Positions 55,456 through 64,000 of a DNA stretch of 64,000 bases are shown here, in pieces. Every line of letters begins with the position of its first letter. The first letter of the stretch is position 1. A program made the translations under genes and the position numbers. The notes beneath the pieces are model-generated. The model was not told the DNA's origin. It was given only the letters and a program-made list of their open reading frames with translations, and ran no database searches. Source of the DNA: Octopus vulgaris. Lineage: Eukaryota. Location of the stretch: positions 90,954,001 through 91,018,000 of the forward strand of contig OX597820.1 of assembly GCA_951406725.2 (NCBI GenBank). The letters are read 5' to 3'.

Positions 55456-57174
55456 GATAAATATCGATCCGATATCAGAGTGTACTAATCATGATTGCTG
55501 TCCACCGATTTCAGTTTGTGGCCATTATATCAAAGAAACACGACCGAAAATGAGATTTATAATCATAGACATATTTCCTACGTGATGCAAAGTTATTTCA
55601 AATCATACCATCATAACGATCCAAGTAAATGGAAGCGTTGATGAATGAAGATATACCGTATGACGGATAGTATCTTTCATAACATAGTGTTGGTTATCTC
55701 AAAGAAAAAGAAACATTAATTTTCGGAACAGCTACTAAAATTTGGGCAAGGACACCCAAGTATTTTTGCAAAATCTGCAAAGTATATAATATTTGCAGCA
55801 CTTTAACGCAAAAAAGCTGAAGTTGTTTTCGTAAAGATAAAAAATATTTCCTATGATAATTCAACTGTCATTCTATGCACGCTGTTCTATTAATTATCTA
55901 CAAATTATAATTTCGGACCACAGTTATCAAGGCATACTAACTGCGTTGTAAATATTTATGAATTACTGTGATCAAGACAAGATCTCATCTCTCATAAATC
56001 GCAACTCAGCGCATTCGTTAATTAAACTGTTTAGGTTGTTCACGACGCTCCTCAAAGTTAATATTCTGAAACTTTTTCTAATCATCTCCTTTCAACTATA
56101 CCCATAACAGTACATTTTGCTCCATCGATCTTATTGACTTTGTGATCATTGAAAGAGCCTAATAATATTTGTATGATATATGTAACCTTTTTTTTTTAAA
56201 TTATATAATTTATTTGATTCACATTCAATTCCAAAGACGGCAGTAGAAACAGAACTTTGCAGAACAACATATGTAATTAATGATTTTTATCATTTTAGCT
56301 TGTTTCTATTTTAACACTTCTCATTGACGTATTGTTATCTATGGTCCTGTTGTGCTAAACAGTGCACCAGATATATTGCATATTTAAACTGGAAACATTC
56401 CAAGAATGATTTGTGTGAGTCATATTATTTTTGGCAACTGTATATCGGTTTAGTTAATAAATTACCTTTCCATAAATTTGTAAAGCACTATTATTCTCAG
56501 CAATGTGAACAGTATGAGAGGTTTATTATGACGGAATGACATGTTCAATGTTTATAGTTAATACAATAATGCCTTAAAGACTCCAGATGCCAAAATACAT
56601 TTTTGACGAAGAGAATAAATTCAATTGACAAAGCCTACAATCATAATGAAATTTCGTTATGCTTGATGTGAAATTTCTCATTAATTTTACTTCATTCCAT
56701 GTTCTCTACTACCATGTTCTTCGTCAAAGTTGACCATTTAAGGTTATCTCTTAGTCATGTAGCATGTATGTCGCCTATTGTAAATACATAAATACATAAA
56801 AAGATCTAACACGTATGAACAACAATTTAGAAGGCTGAGAAACATTAATAAGCATACAGCATATAACATATATTTAACTATATTTAAACATATATAGGGT
56901 AAAATTTCGACATCGTAGTAAAAACCTTATATGAGTAAATTCTGAAATTGATTTTCCCTTTAATTACTTTGATGTTTATACGAAAGCAAATAATATCAAT
57001 TATATTATGAGCAACATAACGATCTAAAGGTTGTTTGAATCAAAATCGGTTTTCAAGTTACAAATGAAGTTATTTACATATGTATATTTATATATCAATA
57101 TGTTTACACACATACACACTCATATATATATATACATGTTTATATACATATATATATACACACACACATACATA

Positions 57175-57225
<51 letters not shown>

Positions 57226-57262
57226 CAATATCTATCTATCTCTATATATATGTATATACATG

Positions 57263-57330
<68 letters not shown>

Positions 57331-57332
<2 letters not shown>

Positions 57333-57709
57333 CACAGGAGTTGTTGTTTGGTAAGTAGCTTGCTTACCAACCACCGGGTTCCGGGTTCAGTCCCACTGCG
57401 TAGCACTTTGGAGAAGTGTCATCTTCTATAGCCTCGGGCCGATCAAAGCCTTGTGAGTGGATTTGGTAAATGGAAGAAGCCCGTCGTATACATATAGATA
57501 TGTGTGTGTGTGTGTGTGTTTGTCCCGACACCATCACTTGACAACCGATGCTGGTGTGTTTACGTCCCCGACCTTAGAGGTTCGGCAAAACTTTCCGATA
57601 GAATAAGAACTTAAAAAGAATAAGTCTTAGTGGTCGATTTGTTCGACTAAAGGCGGTGCTCCAGCATGCCCGCAGTCAAATGACTGAAACAAATAAAAGA
57701 GTAAAAGAA
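57331..57709 (+). mobile_element. SINE type B, near full length, directly after a (TA)n tract
   Basis: GGCACAGGAG...GGTAAGTAGCTTGCTTACCAACCAC..GGTTCCGGGTTCAGTCCCACTGCG...GGCGGTGCTCCAGCATG...GACTGAAAC. Confidence 0.9.
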
Positions 57710-57783
57710 TATATATTTATATAAACACACACATATGGTAAATGGAAGCTACGAGAATTTATATATATATATATACACCCGCC

Positions 57784-59037
57784 CACGAAGGATGGAGGGA
57801 AAGCAATGCAGAATTCGGAATAAACTGGCAAATGTTCGTTAATTTAAACAGGTTGGTAGAGTAAAATTTATTGTAACTCTTCCTCGGTAGTAACTCTTCT
57901 TCCTGATCATCTTCACTACAGACAAATAATGAATTCTGAAACCAAACATGTCAACATTGAGTTATTACTGAAGGAAAGCTGCAGGCTTTCCGGCATTCAC
58001 AGAAACTTACAGGTTGTTTGCTAAGACAAACTTTAATTGAAGTACACAGTAGATAAAGAAGTTTTAAAACGGGAAAACTAGGCTTGAAATAATCTCTCAG
58101 TAAGAGTCAATCAAATGTAACCATTAAGACGAATCTTCAGTAGGTGGATGAGTTAATTCACTTCAACAAATAACTTAGAATCCGTGTGTTTGCTGCACGT
58201 TTCAAGTGTGTTCACAATGCACTACAAAAAGTGGGGCAAGGCACTGGATTTCGGGAAAATGTGAGTAAAGTGGATACCTTCGCGGTTGACACTCGATTTG
58301 AAGGATAGGCGTTGGAAATCTGTGCTTATCTGCTCGAAGCCTTTGAAGGTAATGAAGAAACAGTTTTACCAATCTAGTTATAGGGGATGAATCGTAGTCT
58401 TCTCTTTGTGATCCAGAAACGAAGACCTAATGTGTTCAAGAATTAACGAGCGGCGCAGAAAAGCATAATGATTGAATATTGCTTAGGGAGCGACAAGGTA
58501 TAAACTCACCCTCAATTTTTGGAAAGTGTTATACTGTGAGCAACGAGCAATATACACTGAGACACTCAAAATGCTTAGAGAAACTATATTAGGAAAGAGT
58601 GATCGAAGAAGATTCGGAAAACGATCGGCATTCACCATGGCTATGTGCAGACACCGTGTCTTTGGCAACAGATCAGGTAATCGGAAAAATGTGCTGATCA
58701 GAGGTCCACCAGTCACCATCAATTTGGGATCTGGCACCCTCTGATTTCCATCTGCTCAGTCCAGTGAATTGCTGTCTTAGGGAACAATAATTTCATTTCA
58801 TGACAGAGACGAGGAAATATTGCTGTGAAAAAGTCGGTACAACTGTGCACAAGGGAATGTTTTCAAAGAGGATTCGTCTGTTTGAGTTCGGTGATGGTGC
58901 AAATACATCGCATTTGCTGCTGCCTATAACATGTAGTATCTTTGTATAAAAGAAGAATTGATACTTGGGCAATTTAAAATATGTCAGTAGAATAGTTATG
59001 CTCACGGTTGCATTACGTTCGGCATAAACACAGTGTA
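57784..59037 (+). mobile_element. Second, more decayed mariner element (transposase pseudogene); ends approximate
   Basis: Motif remnants in the correct order: KWIP (WVP) 58268, GDES* (GDESW) 58384, DPETK 58410, HHGYV (HHDNA-like) ~58633, DLAPSDFHL 58728-58754. Weak terminal similarity (GAAxGYAATGCA) and a ~1.25-kb span. Confidence 0.75.
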
Positions 59038-60649
59038 TATATATATATATATATATGGAAACACATACATACGTATATTTGTATGCGTGCGGACGGGACG
59101 CCGTGCGGGTAGGCGCCTGTGTGTGCGTGTGTGTGCAAACGGCGTTCACGAAATATAGACAGAAATTAATGTTCTTTTGTAATACTTTATTACTTTGTAT
59201 GGTCACATTTGGTTTTAGTAACATCAAAGAAAGGTCACATGACAGTTTCATCTACAAAGTGGTTTGTTAAATATTTTCTTCAGAACTCTATGGATATAGT
59301 TATTGACAGAAAAAGCAAACGAACTGGCCTTGAAGTTGGCCAGTAGAACTTTATATGTGTCGCTTTTTATGTTACCCAGCTGACATACTATGTTAATTTA
59401 TAATCGTTTCCTCTTTCTTTGCTCACCCCCATAAAGTCTATTTCAATATCAGCTTTCTATTTACGAATTAATAATATCTACATTCATTCATAGCAATAAT
59501 TAAATGCTTTGGCAGAAAGCCATATGTTTGAGTAAAGGGTATAGACGATTGAATATACCTGTTAAATCACTGATTTATATTTTCTTAGTCTGAGGAGCAG
59601 GAAAGAGAAGGACAAATATGTAAGGATTTGAATTTAATTTGCACTCGGTCGACGGTAAATTACATTTTTCTTTCAGTCCGATTCTAAAGGTTTCCTTCAC
59701 CCTTCGACTATCTTAATATTTATAAACAAAATGTTTTATTAGCAACAATGTTATCGAATACAATAGTATGAAGTTAGTACCAAATGTATTAAAATGCACA
59801 ATAGAATGCTCACAGAAGGAACACCTGCTAGATTCACAAACAGAATACCACACATAAAAAAGAATGTCATATAAACCTTATGACTTGTCAGTCCTAGATA
59901 TCCTACAAACGGGGAATCTATTGTGTTCATTTCCTTTTACCCACTTCTAATTCTGATTGCAAGATTTCACGCAGTTGGGCAAAGAAAATGTACAAGAAAT
60001 ATACTTACTGCGCCTTCATCTGACAGAAGTGGTCAAATGGCAGATCCGCTAAAGCGTCATGTAGAATGGTTTGCGTCATTTACACCAATAAGCTGCATTC
60101 AGTTAAATTTGCCCAACGTCCTTGTGGGATCCTTAAATTAAACACCATTCAATGACGATATATTAGCAGAACTGTTAGAGTGTCGGACCGAATCTTAGTG
60201 TCTTTCTCAACGATTTACGGTCGGATAACATCATCAGTGGTGACACTGGTAACAAGCTGCTTCGGCTGGGGATTTGACCTTAGGTAACTCAATAGTGTGG
60301 AAAGGAAAGATATATATTAATAGTTATCGCCAAGCTAGTTTGGCAGTCCAGAAATATAGGATAAATGGTGCCATAGATTAACTCCAAGAGTCCATCGCCT
60401 CTAGCTAGCTATGTGACACACGAACCTGTGTTCACTATAACCTTCGATCAGGGGAGGTCAGCCGCTTCCCCTTGCTGGTCAGCCATCTACAGACTAGTTT
60501 CATGGTATTTGCCCTTTATCAATGCAAATACCCTGAAGAGATACTCAGTACCGCTGCCGTAGTCTCCTTCAGAGAGACTTAGAAATATTAATATTTGTAT
60601 TTTTGAAAGATATATATATATAAATATATATTAGTTTCTAGGCGAGCAA

Positions 60650-60801
60650 TTTCAACCCCAGTTCTCAACTGATACTTATCTACCCCGAAAGTATGAACGG
60701 CAAAGTCAACTTCGGCTGAATTTGAACTCAGGGTGTAAAGTTGGACCAAATGCCGCTAAGCATTCTGCTCGGCTTACTAAAGATTCTGCTAGTTGACCGC
60801 T
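60650..60801 (-). mobile_element. Diverged A/A2-like SINE
   Basis: ACCCCGAAAG..TGAA.GGCAAAGTCAAC.TCGGC.GAATTTGAACTCAG is the reverse complement of the core and B box. Confidence 0.7.
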
Positions 60802-61393
60802 TTTGTGTGTATATATATATATATATAAATCTAGGAGAAGATGCACAGAATATACATAATGTTGAGGGCCTTTGTCATGAAGAAAAATAATTATAATCTC
60901 TGCATCTCTTTCAGTACTGTTAGATTTAAAATTCAAATTCCTAATCCTGTCATGATTTAACAGTTATTGAGTAATTACCTTCCTTATAATGACTGCTACC
61001 AGCACCTCCACGTGTTGGATAGCTGGAATCTTTCATTAAAAACTTTGACCAAGCGTGCACCTTGGATTAGAAACTCCTACGTTCGAATTCGTAGCTCCAA
61101 GTGACACACGGTTGCTAACGATTACCCCCAATAATACTTTTACATTTTGCTATTCGAAATATTACAACGAATCCGAGCAAGGATTGATGATTACAATAAT
61201 AACTACTGGAAAGAATGTACATGAATCTCATATTATCGATCTGAATATGAAATTGTGGCAAATAATAACTTGATCTCAATGTAAGATTTGCAATTTTATT
61301 TGAAGTATTATTACATAATTCGACAGAGTAGAGATGCGAGAAGGAAAATGTAATAAGGATTGTTTATATATTATAGATATAAACATTTACATT

Positions 61394-61501
<108 letters not shown>

Positions 61502-61859
61502 CATACATACATACATACATATACATTTTCAGATGTATATAAATAATTATATAATATGTACAATACATGTATATATAAGCTATATCTGTGCCTATATATA
61601 TATGTGTGTATGATTGTTTGTGCGTAAGTGTGTGTGTAAAATATTCATCCTCTATATATGTTATTGCTATATATATATATATATATATGAAGTTTACTAG
61701 AGCAAATAGGAATAATAGAGCTCAACATATGAGTGCCTACATATTTTATTATTTCATCGACAGAACGTGAGAAAGAGTGAAGGGCTGAGACATTCGTCCA
61801 TGAAGCCTAGCTGATATATGTGTATGTGCGCGTATGACATATATACAGTACTCCAAATA

Positions 61860-62249
61860 GGCACGGTTATATGGTAAGAAACTTGTTTCCCAGCCACACA
61901 GTAGCGGGTTCAGTCCCACTACCTGGCACCTTGATCATGTGTCTTCTACTAAAACCTTGTGCTGACGAAGGACTTGTGAGTGGATTTGGTAGACGGAAAC
62001 TGAAAGAAGCTCGTCGTATATATGCATGTAAATGTTTGTGTGAGTATGTCTTCGTGTCAGTGTTTGCCTCCCTCACCATCGCATGACAACTAATATTGGT
62101 GTGTTTGCAACCCTGTATCATAGACCGATAGAATAAGTACCAGGGTTGCAAAGAGCAAGTTCTCACGTCGATTTCATCGACTATTAAAAAAGCCCTTTGA
62201 GAAGGTGCTCGAGCATGGCCGCAGTCAAATGACTGAGACAAACAAAAAA
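61860..62249 (+). mobile_element. SINE type B
   Basis: GGGTTCAGTCCCACT...GTGAGTGGATTTGGTAGACGGAAACTGAAAGAAG...CATGGCCGCAGTCAAATGACTGA. Confidence 0.85.
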
Positions 62250-62264
62250 TTAAAAGAATATAAA

Positions 62265-62330
62265 TATATATATATATATGCATATATATATATATATATG
62301 CATATATATATATATGCATATATATATATA

Positions 62331-62368
<38 letters not shown>

Positions 62369-62460
62369 TATATATATATATGCATACATATAAATATATG
62401 CATACATATATATATATGCATATATATGTGTATATATGTATGTATATATGTATATATAGT
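62265..62460. repeat. (TA)n tract punctuated by TGCA
   Basis: Read directly. Confidence 0.9.
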
Positions 62461-62677
62461 TATGAAGTGAACAGTATAAATTGGAAGTACATTTTATACG
62501 TATAATATATACACTATATATGCATATATATTAATTTTATATATACACAGCATTTATCTTAAAATATAAATGTTAATAAACGTGTGTGCGTGCGTGTGCC
62601 TGTGTGTGTGTGCGCGTCTGTGTATACATGCCTGCATCACTATCTGCTGTGTATATTTATTTGTTTATATATGTGTC

Positions 62678-62711
<34 letters not shown>

Positions 62712-64000
62712 CATATTTTTACACATACATATATATATTTATATATATACATATATATATATACATACATGTTTGTGTGAGCTATTTAGATATGTAAATG
62801 CATAGGTATATATGTGTATATAAACATGTTTGTGTATGTATGTACGTTACTATGTATGTATGTGTACAGCATGTTTTAGTTTTTAAATCTTCGAGATATT
62901 TTTGCTACCAAGTAGGAATTTCTAGACCAATAATAATAAGTGAGTCATATAAAAATAATCTGTCGCTGCTTTGAAGATCCATAAACTAACTTTGAAGAAA
63001 TCTACAGGAAAGAACACTGCAAGGTATTTACAAATAACTTCTTATCGATTTTTTCTTGGTTTAGTTACAAGCGTTTGATGTCTCAAATTAGCCATCTTCG
63101 CGATAACAGAAGCTTTGCTGGACGAAAATTACTGCCACAGCTTTAGGCTGTTGCTGCCTCAATATGGCTGAGAGCGTTGATGCTGTTTTGTTGAAAACGA
63201 ATTTATTTGCTTCCTGCGTCCATTCTAATATTTATATGCTCGAGTGTATGTCCATACAGATGTAAAATTAATGCATTGATGTATGCATGTAATCGGAATG
63301 TCATTTAATATTCAGCTCTTCTAGAGTAGGTATGTTGTTACAGGCTGGAAGTTATCGTGTCGATGTTTGGAGTTGCATTGTCTCCTTTGATCAAAACACA
63401 TTTCTTTGCGTATTATCAAAATAGGCCGAAACACATGACTTTGTTTTCTCTTCGATAATACTCGAGTAATTTGGAATATTGATGGAAATCTATTACATGT
63501 GATAGAAATTTTTACATGAATACGGGACACCGTTTTCATTTGATAAGTTCAAATATAGCATATTACTGAATTCTGATAACGTATTTTCTAAATATATCCT
63601 CGTTTGTATCATTCTTTAAAATGTAAGTTGGCAACCTTGACCCAGTTATCAAATGAGGTTAGTGCCAGTCTTTAGATTATCGAAGAGTATTCCATTCTTT
63701 GGGGTTTCTGTTTATATTCTCAGACACTATGTATCTAGGAGCACATTTTCCATATGGTCTTGCTCTTTAAGATGGGAAGGTATGATTTGAAATAGGCTTT
63801 CTTATCGATCAGGCACAAACTCCCAATTGGTTCAAATGTGCCAGAGTAATCTAATATGGCATATTTTTTAACATCAAATATGTTGCCATAACCCAACTTA
63901 GAAGTGTTTGAAGTTTATGGAAGCCAATTTCTCCATCAGTTTTAATAAAAGATCCTGTGTCTGCATGCTGGATCCGTTCGAAAAAAACAGACAGATCTCC

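Noticed and set aside
58483-58744. ORFs on both strands (84 aa and 72 aa) as genes
   Set aside because: Lie within the decayed second mariner; out-of-frame or antisense readings.
63088-63224. Short minus-strand frame WTQEANKF...CYREDG resembling an LTR-element RNase H region
   Set aside because: Catalytic motifs absent; similarity not distinguishable from chance.

Overview
AT-rich eukaryotic non-coding DNA, intronic or intergenic, dense in microsatellites. From memory, the dispersed repeats resemble those of octopod cephalopod genomes (Octopus-like); this is recognition, not a database result. No host protein-coding gene, rRNA, true tRNA or CRISPR array is supported, and almost all listed ORFs are microsatellite translations or chance ORFs. 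The window is a layered transposon record: at least four tRNA-derived SINE types, several with target-site duplications (TSDs); two decayed mariner elements, one interrupted by a SINE; a GC-rich RTE LINE 3' fragment; an R4/Dong-like RLE-LINE tail in a (CATA)n tract; a 275-bp MITE with Merlin-like hallmarks; and short Penelope-type terminal-repeat relics with hammerhead-like motifs. The most unusual items are a single-TSD SINE trimer with exact 184-bp headless units, module sharing between SINE types, and an unassigned ~1.5-kb GC-richer relic with a frameshifted ORF and repeated hairpins. I found no clear-cut novel biological system; the findings are leads.
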